From contig CAWJMB010000002.1 in the NCBI GenBank assembly GCA_963843845.1, positions 2,720,001 through 2,784,000 on the forward strand: a stretch of DNA of 64,000 nt, in the 5' to 3' direction. Both the position numbers and the translations under genes were made by a program. The DNA is from an uncultured Gemmatimonadaceae bacterium (GTDB lineage: Bacteria > Gemmatimonadota > Gemmatimonadetes > Gemmatimonadales > Gemmatimonadaceae). The notes below the pieces were generated by a model that was given only the letters and a program-made list of their open reading frames with translations, was not told where the DNA came from and did not search any database. Below are positions 9,501 through 20,333 of the stretch, one piece after another. Every line of letters starts with the position of its first letter. The first letter of the stretch is position 1.

Positions 9501-10724
9501 ATGCCGCCCCCCCGCCGCATTCTCCACTACGACATCGACACCTTCTTCACGCAGTGCGCCGCCGCGGAGTGGCCGGAGACCGCGGGGAAGGCCGAGCTCC
9601 TCGTCGTCGGCGGGAGTGCGCAGTCGCGGGGCGTCGTGACGTCGGCCAGCTACAAGGCGCGCGAGTTCGGCATCCGCGCCGGGATGCCCGCCGCCCAGGC
9701 GCACCGCCTCTGCCCGCAAGCCCTGTTCGTTCCGGTCCCGCGCGAGATGGTCGGGCGGAAGTCCCGCGCCGTCGTCGCGGCGATCGAGGCGCGCTGCCCG
9801 CACGTCGCGCCGCGCGGCGTCGACGAAGGCTATGTCGACCTCACCGGCACCGACGCGCTGCCCACCTTCGCCGACGCCGGCGCGTTCGCCCGCGCGCTGC
9901 GCGCCGCCGTGCGCGACGAGACCGGGATGACGCTGTCGATGGCCGTCGCGCCGAACATCCTCGTCGCGAAAGTCGCCGTCGACTACGCGAAGCCGGGACG
10001 AGGCGGCGACGGCGTCATCGTCGTCGAGCCGGGCGCCGTCGCGGCGTTCATGGCGCGCCTCGCGTTAGGCGAGCTGCCCGGCATCGGACCGGTGTTCGCC
10101 GACAGGCTCGCGCGCATGGGGCTCACGCGGGTCCCCGACGTCCTCCCGCTCGACGTCGCGACGCTCGAGCGCATGCTCGGCGCGAACACCGGACGGTGGC
10201 TGCACGAGCGGGTGCGGGGGATTCACGACGCGCCCGTCGAGCGCCGCCGGGTCCAGAAGTCGGTCGGACGCGAGGACACCTTCTCGCGCGATCTGCACGA
10301 CGATGCGGCGATCGAGCACGAGCTGCTGCGACTGTGCGAGAAGGTCGGCGGGGACCTGCGCGGCGACGGGCTCCGGGCGCGGACGGTGACGGTGAAGATC
10401 AAGGACGGCGACTTCACGCAGCGGCAGGCGGGGCGCACGCTGCCGTACCCGATCGAGTCGAATCGGGCGATCTGGGAAGTCGCGCGCGAGCTCCTGCTCC
10501 GCCTGCGCCGCGCGCGCCGAGTCGGGGCGCGGCTCGTCGGCGTGACGCTGTCGCAGTTCGACGACGTCGCGACGCCCGAGCAGCTCGCGCTCTTTCCGGC
10601 CGAGGCGGAGGCGGCCGACGAGCCGGTCGAGACCGAGCGCGACCGCACGCTCTCGCGCACGGTCGACACGATCCGTGCGCGCTTCGGCCGCGACGCGATT
10701 CTGCCGGTCGACCGCAAAGCGTGA
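9501..10724 (+). CDS. dinB: DNA polymerase IV (Y family)
   Basis: ILHYDIDTFF, RGVVTSASYKAREFGIRAGMP, GVDEGYVD, LPGIG, KSVGREDTF, clamp-binding-like EQLALF. Confidence 0.93.
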   Translation: MPPPRRILHYDIDTFFTQCAAAEWPETAGKAELLVVGGSAQSRGVVTSASYKAREFGIRAGMPAAQAHRLCPQALFVPVPREMVGRKSRAVVAAIEARCPHVAPRGVDEGYVDLTGTDALPTFADAGAFARALRAAVRDETGMTLSMAVAPNILVAKVAVDYAKPGRGGDGVIVVEPGAVAAFMARLALGELPGIGPVFADRLARMGLTRVPDVLPLDVATLERMLGANTGRWLHERVRGIHDAPVERRRVQKSVGREDTFSRDLHDDAAIEHELLRLCEKVGGDLRGDGLRARTVTVKIKDGDFTQRQAGRTLPYPIESNRAIWEVARELLLRLRRARRVGARLVGVTLSQFDDVATPEQLALFPAEAEAADEPVETERDRTLSRTVDTIRARFGRDAILPVDRKA

Positions 10725-10850
10725 GACCGTCGTCGCCCTCTGCCGCGCGCTCCGCACGCCGCGTTAGATTCTGCCTCGTTCCGGGCACGACTTCCGCGAC
10801 ACGCGTTCGCGACCCGCGCCCGCGGCCTGCACCCGCTCCGAGCGACTTCG

Positions 10851-11177
10851 ATGGCTACCACGCCCGTTCTGCCGCCCAACAAGCACATCCCCTACAAGAA
10901 GGGGGGGTGGGGTGCCGCGATCCTCACGACCGCCGCGGCCGCCGGCGCGTTTCTCACGGCGTGGTACATCCACAACCAGACGTACCGTCACCCGCGCGAC
11001 ATCATGATGCGCGAGACGTTCGAGCTGACGGCCGGCCCGACGGCGTCGGGGCGGTACGTGAAGGCGCCAGATGGACCGGCGGCGGCCGGCGGCCATGCCG
11101 CGCCGGCGGGCGCGCCTGCGGGTGAGCACGGCGCGCCCGCCGAGAAGGGCGCCGCGCCCGCCGCGACGAAGCACTGA
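10851..11177 (+). CDS. Small hypothetical membrane protein
   Basis: Single hydrophobic segment, GC3-rich codon usage. Confidence 0.7.
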   Translation: MATTPVLPPNKHIPYKKGGWGAAILTTAAAAGAFLTAWYIHNQTYRHPRDIMMRETFELTAGPTASGRYVKAPDGPAAAGGHAAPAGAPAGEHGAPAEKGAAPAATKH

Positions 11178-11192
11178 GTCGGCCGGCCGCGA

Positions 11193-12011
11193 TCAGCCGA
11201 TCGCGAGCACCATCACGTCGTAGAGCGCGTGCGTCCAGGCGGCGATCCCGAAGCCGCGGAGCACGAACAGCGCGCTGAAGAACAGTCCGGCGATCGCGCG
11301 GAACGCGAACGACTGCACCGTGAACGGGTCGCCGTACGCGCCGACGTAGTGCGCGGCCGCGAAGACGAGCGCGCCGGCGAGCACCGCGATCGCCCCCGCC
11401 ACCGTCGGCCGCAGTCCGCTCCACCGGCGAAGCCCGAACGACAGCGCGCCGACGAGCATCACGCGGAACACGAGCTCTTCGAACAGCCCGGCGCCTAACG
11501 ACAGCATCAGCCGGGTCGGTCCGCCGAGCGCCGCCGCCCCTCCGCTCGGCACCGGGACCGGAACGTCCTGCGCGCCCCGCACCGCCTGCATCACGGCCTC
11601 GACCGCCAGGTGCGGCGTCACGGCGTGCAGCAGCCGCGCCGTGATCGCCGCGACGACGACCCCGCACACGACGGCGAACACCGCCGACTCGGCGAGCATC
11701 AGCCCGAACACGCGCCACCGGAGGCCGCCGCGAGCGCGGCGCAGGTCCCACCCCGCGAGCCCGATGCACGTCAGCGCGACGACGGCGCCGAGCGCGAGCG
11801 CCGCGCGCGGTCCGGCGACGAGCGAGAAGAGCGACGCGAGCAGCACCTCGGCGCCGTTCCGCACCTGCGACGCGCCCGCCGTCGTGAGCAGCGCGGCGAG
11901 CCCCTCGTAGAGCGCGAGGAGCGGCAGGACGAACAGCAGGCTGTAGCGGGGCGCCCGGCTGAGCTGCCAGTACGACGACGAGTTCGAGACGAGCGGCGCG
12001 AGTGAAGGCAC
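11193..12011 (-). CDS. CPBP (CAAX/Abi) intramembrane metalloprotease
   Basis: AGLFEELVFR, FAAAHY, RGFGIAAWTHALYD; GTG start inferred. Confidence 0.88.
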   Translation of the reverse strand: MPSLAPLVSNSSSYWQLSRAPRYSLLFVLPLLALYEGLAALLTTAGASQVRNGAEVLLASLFSLVAGPRAALALGAVVALTCIGLAGWDLRRARGGLRWRVFGLMLAESAVFAVVCGVVVAAITARLLHAVTPHLAVEAVMQAVRGAQDVPVPVPSGGAAALGGPTRLMLSLGAGLFEELVFRVMLVGALSFGLRRWSGLRPTVAGAIAVLAGALVFAAAHYVGAYGDPFTVQSFAFRAIAGLFFSALFVLRGFGIAAWTHALYDVMVLAIG

Positions 12012-12110
12012 GAGAAATAGTACGTCGGGCGCGCGCCGTGAGGTTCCGGTTCTGGACACCTTAGATTTTTCCACGATTCCCCGACCCACGTCTCTCCCTC
12101 TCGTCGCTCG

Positions 12111-13040
12111 ATGCGTCTCGGTTCGTACCTCGTCGTGCTGTCGTCGATCACAGCGTCCGTCCTCGGCGCGCAGAAGCAGCCCGCGCGCGTCGCGAAGGCG
12201 GTCGTGGACTCCGGGCCGAAGCTCTGGCCGGTCGCGAACGCGCCGAGGCCGCTCCCCGGGGCGATCCTGCCGCAGAAGCGCATCGTCGCCTACTACGGCA
12301 ACCCGCTGTCGAAGCGGATGGGCATCCTCGGCGAGCTGCCGCCCGAGCAGATGCTGGCGCGCCTCGATCGGGAGACCGCGCGGTGGAACGCGGCCGACCC
12401 GGCGCACCCGGTGCAGCCCGCGCTGCACCTCGTCGTCTCGGTCGCGCAGGCCGACCCCGGCAAGGATGGGATGTACCGCCAGCGCTCGGTGCCGGCGCTC
12501 ATCGAGAAGGTCTACGGGTGGGCGCGGCAGCGGAATGCGCTGCTCTTTCTCGACGTGCAGCTCGGCAAGAGTACGCTCGAGAACGAACTCGAGCCGCTGC
12601 TCCCCTACCTGCGCCGCCCGGACGTGCACCTCGGCCTCGACCCGGAGTTCGCGATGACGAAAGGGGGGCTGCCGGGAAAGCGCATCGGGACGCTCGACGC
12701 GCGGCACATCAACCACGCCGCCGGCGTCCTCGCCGACCTCGTGACGCAGCACCGACTGCCGCCGAAGGTGCTGGTCGTGCACCGCTTCACGAAGCCGATG
12801 CTGACGAACGCCCAGAACGTGAAGCTCGATCCGCGCGTGCAGATCGTCGTGAACATGGACGGCTGGGGCCCACCGCACATCAAGCGGTCGTCGTACGAGC
12901 GGTACATCTACCCGTACCCGATCGAGTACACGGGCTTCAAGCTGTTCTACCACAACGACACGAAGTCGGGGACGGCGCTCATGACGCCGAGCGCGGTGCT
13001 CGCGCTGCGTCCCGTGCCGTACTACATCCAGTACCAGTGA
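12111..13040 (+). CDS. Conserved exported hypothetical protein
   Basis: Signal peptide; ordered-looking domain (YYGNPLSKRMGILGE, FLDVQLG, HLGLDPEF, MDGWG, GFKLFY); function not assignable. Confidence 0.8.
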   Translation: MRLGSYLVVLSSITASVLGAQKQPARVAKAVVDSGPKLWPVANAPRPLPGAILPQKRIVAYYGNPLSKRMGILGELPPEQMLARLDRETARWNAADPAHPVQPALHLVVSVAQADPGKDGMYRQRSVPALIEKVYGWARQRNALLFLDVQLGKSTLENELEPLLPYLRRPDVHLGLDPEFAMTKGGLPGKRIGTLDARHINHAAGVLADLVTQHRLPPKVLVVHRFTKPMLTNAQNVKLDPRVQIVVNMDGWGPPHIKRSSYERYIYPYPIEYTGFKLFYHNDTKSGTALMTPSAVLALRPVPYYIQYQ

Positions 13041-13867
13041 CCGCTCCCGCCCCGTTAGGCACCGTCGCCTCGCTCCACCTCTATCCGGTGAAGTCGTTGG
13101 GCGGGGTGCGGGTCGACGCGGCGGCCGTGACCGACTTCGGCCTCGCGCTCGACCGCCGCTGGCTGCTCGTCGACGACGGCGGGACCTTCCTCACGCAGCG
13201 CACGCTGCCACGCATGGCGCGGGCGCATGCGACGCCGTCGGGCGCCGGCGCGATCCGACTCACGACGCCCGGGCACGAGCCGCTCGACGTCGTCCCGCCG
13301 CCGCCAGACGCGCCGCGCCGGATCGTCCAGATCTGGGACGACGCGGTCGACGCGCAGTGCTACGACGCCGACATCGATGCGTGGTGCAGCGAGGCGATCG
13401 GGCACGCGTGCCACCTCGTCTACATGCCCGACGACGTGCGGCGCCCCGTCGACCCGGCATACGCGGGGCCGGACGACCGCGCCGCGTTCAGCGACGGATT
13501 CCCCCTGCTCGTGCTCTCCGACGCGTCGCTCGCCGATCTCAACGCGCGCCTCGCCGAGCGCGGCATCGAGCCGGTCGTCGTCGAGCGCTTTCGCCCGAAC
13601 GTCGTCGTCACCGACACGGCGCCGTTCGCCGAGGACACGTGGCGCGACGTGGCGGCAGGCGACGTGCAGCTGCGCATCGTGAAGCCGTGCGGGCGCTGCG
13701 TCCTCACGACGGTGGACCCCGCGACGGCCGAGGTCTCGCCGCGCGGCGAGCCGCTCCGGACGCTCGCGACCTACCGCACGCGCGGCGCCAAGGTCATGTT
13801 CGCGCAGAACGCGCTCGTCGTCCGCGGCGGCACTCTCCGCGTCGGCGACGCGGTGGTACCGGCGTAG
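13037..13867 (+). CDS. MOSC domain protein
   Basis: LYPVKSL, DRRWLLVD, FSDGFPLL, RFRPNVVV, KPCGRCVLTTVDP. Confidence 0.92.
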   Translation: MTAPAPLGTVASLHLYPVKSLGGVRVDAAAVTDFGLALDRRWLLVDDGGTFLTQRTLPRMARAHATPSGAGAIRLTTPGHEPLDVVPPPPDAPRRIVQIWDDAVDAQCYDADIDAWCSEAIGHACHLVYMPDDVRRPVDPAYAGPDDRAAFSDGFPLLVLSDASLADLNARLAERGIEPVVVERFRPNVVVTDTAPFAEDTWRDVAAGDVQLRIVKPCGRCVLTTVDPATAEVSPRGEPLRTLATYRTRGAKVMFAQNALVVRGGTLRVGDAVVPA

Positions 13868-13885
13868 CGCGCTCGAATCGGGGAT

Positions 13886-13971
13886 TCGCGATCGTCGGTG
13901 TCGCGATCGTCGGTGTCGCGATCGTCGGTGTCGCGATCGTCGGTGTCGCGATCGTCGGTGTCGCGATCGTC
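13886..13971. repeat. 15-bp tandem repeat (TCGCGATCGTCGGTG) about 5.7 copies between convergent genes
   Basis: Read directly; no spacers. Confidence 0.93.
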
Positions 13972-13999
13972 CGACCGAGGCCGCTCGTCGTCGCGCTGG

Positions 14000-16342
14000 C
14001 TAGGTGGCGGACGCCTGCGACGTGTCGAACAATCGCGCCGCCGCACCGTGGATGATCGCGACCTGGCGCGCGACGCGATCGAGACCGACGCTCGCCGCAG
14101 GAAGCTCGAGCGTCGTGCGAACGGCACGCGCGTCCGCCGTGCCGTCGCCGCGCGGCCGCGCGTAGCGGGCGACGACCGACGGCAGCGGCGCCGGCGCGCG
14201 CTGGGCGGGGAGGGCCTCGGCGACGTCGGCGAGCACCGCGTCGATCGCCCGCGCGAGCGCCGCCTGCTCCGCGCTCGGCGGGCCGCGGTGTGCGGCGCTG
14301 ACGGCGAGCAGCGTCAGCGCCCCCGACGCCCGGCGCGCGAAGGTGAGCAGCGTCATGATCGTCTCGACGTCGCGCAGCGCGCCGGGCGGCTCGGCGACGA
14401 GTCGCTGCACGGCGGCGTCGACGTTGTTGTTCGCGAGTCCGGTCGCGCGCCGCGCCGCGGCGACGTCGCCGGGGGACGCACGCGAGGTGCCGAACGCCTG
14501 CCACTCGATCGCGCAGAAGTACGTGCGCAGCGCCGCGATCATCGCGCCGAGCTCGGACGGAAGGCGGTAGCGCTCCCAGCTCGGCCAGAGCGCGCGGCTC
14601 GCGCCTAACGCGAGCAGCCCACCGGCGAGCGTGTCGAGGGCGCGGACGCCGGCGAGCTGGTAGTCCCCCATCGCCGGCTCGGCGAGCAGCACGAACACGG
14701 GGGTGAGGAAGAACGTGAACAGGCCGTAGTGCACCGCTCGCACGGCGATGCTCGCCACCGCGAGCGGGAACATGATCCCCGCCATCGCGAGCCGGTCGTG
14801 CACGAACGCCGCGAGCAGCGCCGCCACGACCCCCCCGAGGACCGTCCACGTCACCCGCTCGACGCTTCGACGCAGCGTGGGGCCCGCGTGTGGCTGCAGG
14901 ACGAGCAGCGCCGTCGTCGTGATCCACGTCGCGTGCGCGATGTCGAGGAGCAGCCCGATCCAGGTCGCGATCGCCGCGACGACGCCGACGCGTGCCGCGT
15001 GGCGCAGCATGAGCGAGTCGGTCGTGAGGTTCGCGCGGAGCGGTGCCCAGAGCCCCGCGCCGCCCGACCCGTCGGCGCGCGGCGCGCCGTCCGGACCCGA
15101 GTCGATGCGGGGCGCCGACGGCGACGCGGTGCGGCTCGGCGCCGACGCCGAGCCGCTGACGAGTGCGTCGGCCGTGTCGGCGGCCGAGTCGGCGAGCGTC
15201 GCCGCGTGCTCGAGCAGCGCGGCGGCCTGCAGCGCCGGCGCGACTCGGTCGACCGCGTCTCCCGCGCGCCGCTCGGCCGCCTCGACGGCGTCCCAGAGCG
15301 CGACGACGGCGCGGTCCACGGCCGGGCGCGGCGCGGGCGGCGCCGTCCGCCACCGACCGAAGAGCGGGATGTGTGTGCCCAACGCCGCGAGCGCGTCACC
15401 GAGCGAGCGGAGCGCGGCGGCCGCGGCGGCGACGATGGCCGCGTCCACGACGGCCACGTCACCGTTCCGCCGCGCGCCCGCGGCGCGCGCCGCCACCTCC
15501 ACCGACTCGGCGACGGCGATCAGCGCCTCGAACTCCTGGTCCGCGATCTCGAGCAGCACGACGAGCTGCTCGCCGCGCGCGCTCGCCCCCGTGCGCGACC
15601 GCCGCGTCTCACCGAGCGTCGCGCGGGCGACCTCGATCGTGGTGCGGATGCGCAGGTGCTCGCGCAGCGCGACGGCGTGCCACGCGTCGCGCTCGTGCGG
15701 CGTGTCGGCGACGACGCGTGCCAGGCTGCGCGCCAACTCGGCGAGCGCGTCGTAGCACTCGGCGATCGCGCGGCGCGCGGGCTGCCACGGGCGCAGCGGC
15801 CAGACGACGAGCGCGAGCGCCGCCGCGGCGAGACTGCCGCCGCCGATGAACGCGCCGCGCGCGAGCGCGCCGTCGACGAGCGTTCGACCGTCGAATACCG
15901 GGGTGCCTAACGACGCGACGAAGACGATCGCGAGGAGGTTGCCCACCGTCGTCGCCGCGTCGCCGTAGACGCGGAGCATGGCGCCGCCCGTCGCCCACAG
16001 CAGCACGAGCGGCACGGCGAACCACCCGGCCCGCCCGGCGAACGCGCCGAGCGACGCCGCGACCGCGCCGCCGACGGCGAACGCTCCCATCGCTCGCGCC
16101 CGCGACCGGTATGCGCCCCCGGCGTCGGCGAACGTCGTCAGCCACCCGCCGAGCGCGGCCCAGACGAGGCGCGTGTCGCCCGTCGCCCACGCGGCGGCGA
16201 TCGGAACGACCGTCGCCGTCGCGGCGCGCACGCCGGCGAGCAGCGACGCCCGCGAGGTGAGGCGCCCCGCCGGGAGCTGCAATGCCGCGCGGACGACGCC
16301 TGACGTGCGCGGGAACGCCGTCGCAGAAGGAGGAGCACTCAC
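14000..16342 (-). CDS. FUSC/YccS family inner membrane protein
   Basis: Two TM bundles separated by a helical region; [26 protein letters not shown]. Confidence 0.88.
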   Translation of the reverse strand: MSAPPSATAFPRTSGVVRAALQLPAGRLTSRASLLAGVRAATATVVPIAAAWATGDTRLVWAALGGWLTTFADAGGAYRSRARAMGAFAVGGAVAASLGAFAGRAGWFAVPLVLLWATGGAMLRVYGDAATTVGNLLAIVFVASLGTPVFDGRTLVDGALARGAFIGGGSLAAAALALVVWPLRPWQPARRAIAECYDALAELARSLARVVADTPHERDAWHAVALREHLRIRTTIEVARATLGETRRSRTGASARGEQLVVLLEIADQEFEALIAVAESVEVAARAAGARRNGDVAVVDAAIVAAAAAALRSLGDALAALGTHIPLFGRWRTAPPAPRPAVDRAVVALWDAVEAAERRAGDAVDRVAPALQAAALLEHAATLADSAADTADALVSGSASAPSRTASPSAPRIDSGPDGAPRADGSGGAGLWAPLRANLTTDSLMLRHAARVGVVAAIATWIGLLLDIAHATWITTTALLVLQPHAGPTLRRSVERVTWTVLGGVVAALLAAFVHDRLAMAGIMFPLAVASIAVRAVHYGLFTFFLTPVFVLLAEPAMGDYQLAGVRALDTLAGGLLALGASRALWPSWERYRLPSELGAMIAALRTYFCAIEWQAFGTSRASPGDVAAARRATGLANNNVDAAVQRLVAEPPGALRDVETIMTLLTFARRASGALTLLAVSAAHRGPPSAEQAALARAIDAVLADVAEALPAQRAPAPLPSVVARYARPRGDGTADARAVRTTLELPAASVGLDRVARQVAIIHGAAARLFDTSQASAT

Positions 16343-16527
16343 GATGCGCGGAGGATCGTCCCGCGGGTGACGCGGTACAACCCCTCGGTCGCGGCGGAGC
16401 CTCAGCGCTTCCCCTTCGCTCCGCGTCCTCTAGTAGAATGCCTGCACCGTATCGTGCGTGTTGCGCTGCGGGCGCGTCGGCTTCGACTCCGAAGATCGAC
16501 GCCGTTCCCTTCTGCCCCACTCTCTCG

Positions 16528-19095
16528 ATGACGAAGCGAGTCGCTTCCCTGCTCGCGACGGTCGCCGTCGCCGGCTGCGCGCGCAGCGCGGCCACGCCGG
16601 CGCCCACGCCGACCCCTGCGAACGCGCCCCGCCCGACGGGCGCGTCGTTCCCCGCCCAGCAGCCTCCCGCCGGCGACTCCGCCGGCGTGCGACTCGGCGG
16701 CGCGGGCGGCGGCGTGGCGGCGGCCGGCCAGCCGCGGCCGTACAACCGGGTCGTCACGCCCGACGCGAAGACGCGCCGCGGGATGTTCATCGTCCACCGC
16801 GTGAACGACCGACTCCTCTTCGAGATCCCGTCGAGAGAGCTGAACAAGGACATGCTCGCCGTCGGACGCTACGCCGCGGCCGCCGCGAGCAACCCGAACG
16901 CGCCGGGCGGCGGCTTCGGCGAGTACGGCGGCGACCAGTTCGCCGAGCGCACGCTGCGCTGGGAGCGCAACGGGAACCGCGTCGTGCTGCGGTCGCCGTC
17001 GTTCAACATCACGGCGGATACGGGATCGTCGGTCTACCGCGCCGTGCAGAGCTCGAATTACGGGCCGATCGTCGCGGTGCTGAACGTCGAGGCGTATGGC
17101 CCGGACAGCGCGGCGGTCGTCGACGTGACGCGCCTGTTCACGACGAACGTCCCCGAGCTGGCGGCGATCCGTGGCCAGGTCGACGCGACGCGCTCGTACA
17201 TCGAGCGCGCGGTCGCGTTCCCGGACAACGTCGAGGTCGAGGCGACGCAGACGGGGACCGTCGCGGCGACGCCCGGCGCGCCCGGCGGTGGCGGCGCGGC
17301 CGGCGCGGCGCGCCCCGCGCAGAGCGTGCTCGCGCACTGGAGCATCGTCCGCCTCCCCGAGGTGCCGATGCTCGCGCGCCGCTTCGACGAGCGCGTCGGT
17401 TTCTTCTCGCTGCGGAACGTCGACTTCGGCACGAACGAGGCGCGCTCGTCGCGCCGGCAGTACATCACCAAGTACCGGCTCGAGTGCTCGGAGCGGATGG
17501 CGGGGAATCTCTGCTACCCCAAGAAGCCGATCACGTACTACGTCGACCCGGCGACGCCCGACTGGCTCAAGCCGTGGGTGAAGGCCGGCATCCTCGAGTG
17601 GCAGACGGCGTTCGAGGCGGCCGGGTTCAAGGACGGCATCGTCGCCGGTGAGGTGCCCGCGAACGACCCGGACTGGAGCCCGGAAGACATCCGTCACACG
17701 ATGATCCGCTGGCTGCCGTCGACGGTCGAGAACGCGGTCGGGCCGCACGTGCACGACCCGCGCACGGGGGAGATCCTGAACGGCTCCGTGCGGATGTTCC
17801 ACAACGTGATGAACCTGAACCGCTCCTGGTACTTCACGCAGGCGTCCGCGATCGACCCACGCGCCCGGAAGCTGCCGATGCCCGACTCGCTGAGCGGGCG
17901 GCTGCTCCAGTTCGTCGTCGCGCACGAGATCGGCCACACGCTGGGGCTGCAGCACGACCAGATCGGCTCGTCGACCTACCCCGCCGACAGCGTCCGCAGC
18001 GCGAGCTGGGTGCGCCGCATGGGACACTCGCCGAGCATCATGGATTACTCGCGCTACAACTACGTCGCGCAGCCGGAGGACAACATCCCGCTCGACGCGA
18101 TCATCCCGCGCGTCGGCCCGTACGACAAGTTCGCGATCATGTGGGGCTACAAGCCGATCCCGAACGCGCGGACGTCCGACCAGGAGCGCCCGACGCTCGA
18201 CCAGTGGGCGCGCATGCAGGACACGGTGCCCTGGTACCGCTTCTCGGCGAACAACGAGTTCGGCGGCTTCGGGACGCTGAGCGAGGCGGTCGGCGACGCG
18301 GACCCGGTCAAGTCGACGACGCTGGGCTACAAGAACCTGCGCCGCGTGGTCGGCTACATCGTCGACGCCACGCGCCAGCCGCTCGAGGACAACAGCGATC
18401 TCGAGGAGCTCTACAACCGGACCGTCGGTCAGTGGGCGACCGAGGCCGGGCACGTCGCGACGATGGTCGGCGGCGGCACGGTGCAGTACAAGACGGGCGG
18501 CCAGAGCGGCCCGGTCTACGCCGCGCTGTCGCGCGCGAAGCAGGCCGAAGCGGTGCGCTTCCTGAACGAGAACGTGTTCCGCACCCCGACCTTCCTCATC
18601 CTCCCCGAGATCGCCGCGCGCATCGAGGCGGAAGGGATGATCGCGCGCATCAATGGGGCGCAGTCGCGCGTCCTCGCGAGCCTCATGCAGGACGGGCGGC
18701 TGAACCGCCTCCTCGAGCAGGAGGCGATCAACCCGGGCGGCGCCTACCCGCTCTCCGCGATGCTCGACGACGTGCGCCGCGGGATCTGGTCCGAGGTGTA
18801 CATGTCGAGCCCCGACGCGGACGCCTACCGCCGGGAGCTGCAGAGCGACTTCCTCGCGGCGATCGACCGCAAGCTGAACCCGCCGGCGACGGCGCCCGGC
18901 GCCGGCGGTGGCGGCGGCTTCGGCGCGCCGGCCGCTCCGCTCTCCGACGATGCGAAGTCGCAGCTCCGCGGCACGCTCGCCACGCTCCGCACCGACATCC
19001 AGCGCGCCATCCCGCGCACCACGGATCGGTCGACGAAGCTGCACCTGCAGGGCGCGGTGCACCGGATCGACGGGATTCTGGATCCGAAGAAGTGA
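16528..19095 (+). CDS. Zinc-dependent metalloprotease lipoprotein (EcxA/DUF4953-DUF5117 type)
   Basis: Lipobox [46 protein letters not shown]. Confidence 0.92.
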   Translation: MTKRVASLLATVAVAGCARSAATPAPTPTPANAPRPTGASFPAQQPPAGDSAGVRLGGAGGGVAAAGQPRPYNRVVTPDAKTRRGMFIVHRVNDRLLFEIPSRELNKDMLAVGRYAAAAASNPNAPGGGFGEYGGDQFAERTLRWERNGNRVVLRSPSFNITADTGSSVYRAVQSSNYGPIVAVLNVEAYGPDSAAVVDVTRLFTTNVPELAAIRGQVDATRSYIERAVAFPDNVEVEATQTGTVAATPGAPGGGGAAGAARPAQSVLAHWSIVRLPEVPMLARRFDERVGFFSLRNVDFGTNEARSSRRQYITKYRLECSERMAGNLCYPKKPITYYVDPATPDWLKPWVKAGILEWQTAFEAAGFKDGIVAGEVPANDPDWSPEDIRHTMIRWLPSTVENAVGPHVHDPRTGEILNGSVRMFHNVMNLNRSWYFTQASAIDPRARKLPMPDSLSGRLLQFVVAHEIGHTLGLQHDQIGSSTYPADSVRSASWVRRMGHSPSIMDYSRYNYVAQPEDNIPLDAIIPRVGPYDKFAIMWGYKPIPNARTSDQERPTLDQWARMQDTVPWYRFSANNEFGGFGTLSEAVGDADPVKSTTLGYKNLRRVVGYIVDATRQPLEDNSDLEELYNRTVGQWATEAGHVATMVGGGTVQYKTGGQSGPVYAALSRAKQAEAVRFLNENVFRTPTFLILPEIAARIEAEGMIARINGAQSRVLASLMQDGRLNRLLEQEAINPGGAYPLSAMLDDVRRGIWSEVYMSSPDADAYRRELQSDFLAAIDRKLNPPATAPGAGGGGGFGAPAAPLSDDAKSQLRGTLATLRTDIQRAIPRTTDRSTKLHLQGAVHRIDGILDPKK

Positions 19096-19099
19096 TGTG

Positions 19100-19160
19100 A
19101 CGGCCGGGGATCGGGGGATCGGGAACTGTTAGGCACCCGATCTCCCCGATCCCCGGCCGT
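19100..19160. terminator. Long inverted repeat (about 24-bp stem) with GTTAGGC in the loop
   Basis: ACGGCCGGGGATCGGGGGATCGGG ... CCCGATCTCCCCGATCCCCGGCCGT directly after the stop; no U-tract. Confidence 0.6.
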
Positions 19161-19230
19161 GTGCGTCTCCACGTCCCGGTCCGCGTTCTCCCGGGTTGGT
19201 GGCAGCGCGCGAGCCGCGTAAGATGCGAGC

Positions 19231-19767
19231 ATGAGCGAACAACAGTTGGCCTCGGAGACCGAGGCCCCGAGCTGCCCGAAGTGCGGCGGCGCGATGTGGG
19301 ACAACCGCGCCTCCAAGCGCAACCCGCGGGCACCGGACTACAAGTGCCGCGACAAGAGCTGCGAGGGGGTCATCTGGCCTCCCCGCGAGGCGGTGGACGC
19401 CGCCGTGACGGCCGCGGCGTCCGAGCCGAACGAGGCGCGGCAGTGGCCCGCCCCCGCCGGCACCGAGGACGACCCGGCCTGCCCCGTGTGCGGCGGCAAG
19501 ATGTGGGACGACCGTCTGTCGAAGCGCAATCCGCGCGCGCCGGACTTCAAGTGCCGCAACAAGCCGAAGGTCATGGGCGGCCCCGGCTGTCAGGGCATCA
19601 TCTGGCCGCCGCGCGACGGTGAGATGCGTGCGGCAGCGCCGGCCGGGCGCCCCGCCGCGGCGCGACCGGCGCCGTCACGCCCGGCCGCGCCGCCACCCAA
19701 GCACGACGCTCCGCCTCCGTCGGACCGCGACTATCCGGGCTACGACGACGACGACCTGCCGTTCTGA
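19231..19767 (+). CDS. Tandem zinc-ribbon protein with SSB-like acidic C-terminal tip
   Basis: Two repeats CPxCGGxMWDxRxSKRNPRAPD(Y/F)KC...CxG(V/I)IWPP, Pro/Ala linker, ends DYPGYDDDDLPF. Confidence 0.85.
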   Translation: MSEQQLASETEAPSCPKCGGAMWDNRASKRNPRAPDYKCRDKSCEGVIWPPREAVDAAVTAAASEPNEARQWPAPAGTEDDPACPVCGGKMWDDRLSKRNPRAPDFKCRNKPKVMGGPGCQGIIWPPRDGEMRAAAPAGRPAAARPAPSRPAAPPPKHDAPPPSDRDYPGYDDDDLPF

Positions 19768-20253
19768 TCGACGGTCGTCGCGCCGGCCGCCGCCTCGACC
19801 GCCGCTCCGGCGTGCGACGCGAGGCGGTCGGCGAGCGCCTCGAGCGGCCGGGTGCGCCGCCGCACGGTTCCCGTGAACACCGTTCGCGCGACCACGTAGC
19901 TCGTGCCGACGAGCGCGGCCCGGATCCCCGCCGCCGCGACGCCCGACTGAAAGGTCGCGAGCCCGACGCCGACGGCGATGCCGCTTCCGCCGCCGATGCC
20001 GCCCATGACGCCGCCGAAGATGCCGCCGGCGAAGTTTCCCGTCGCCTCGTCGACGCGGGTCGTCGTCGTGCCACCGCGCGCGACGACCGTCACGCTCACC
20101 TGCCGCCCCCGCTGGCGACGGTGTCCGAACCCCGGCATCGACGTCCTCGTGAGCGTCCGGCCGAGGAGGCTCACGGAGCCGACGTCGTTCAGCGCGCGGC
20201 GGATGATGAGCGAGACCTCGTCGTCGTAGCGACGGGGCGGGCGCGACGTTCAC
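19740..20253 (-). pseudogene. Truncated or internally deleted hypothetical membrane protein
   Basis: Frame reads RRYDDEVSLIIRRALNDVGSVSLLGRTLT ... Gly-rich TM GGIFGGVMGGIGGG; GTG at 20253 is out of frame by one base. Confidence 0.45.
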
Positions 20254-20262
20254 GGTGACCCC

Positions 20263-20333
20263 GGCACGCGCCTGTCGGCACCTGCCTGTCGGCACCTGCC
20301 CGACGGCACCGGCCTGACGGCACCCTGCCTAAC
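20263..20333. repeat. Degenerate 14-bp tandem repeat (GGCACCTGCCTGTC-like) x5 ending in GCCTAAC
   Basis: Read directly. Confidence 0.75.

Noticed and set aside
13886..13971. Possible CRISPR array (also 9322-9377 and 44548-44601)
   Set aside because: Units are 11-15 bp and directly adjacent with no unique spacers; there are no cas genes in the window.
16402..19062. Long antisense ORFs (this one, 58362..60815, 48524..51040 and others) as overlapping genes
   Set aside because: These are expected shadow ORFs in high-GC coding DNA, with no recognisable motifs.
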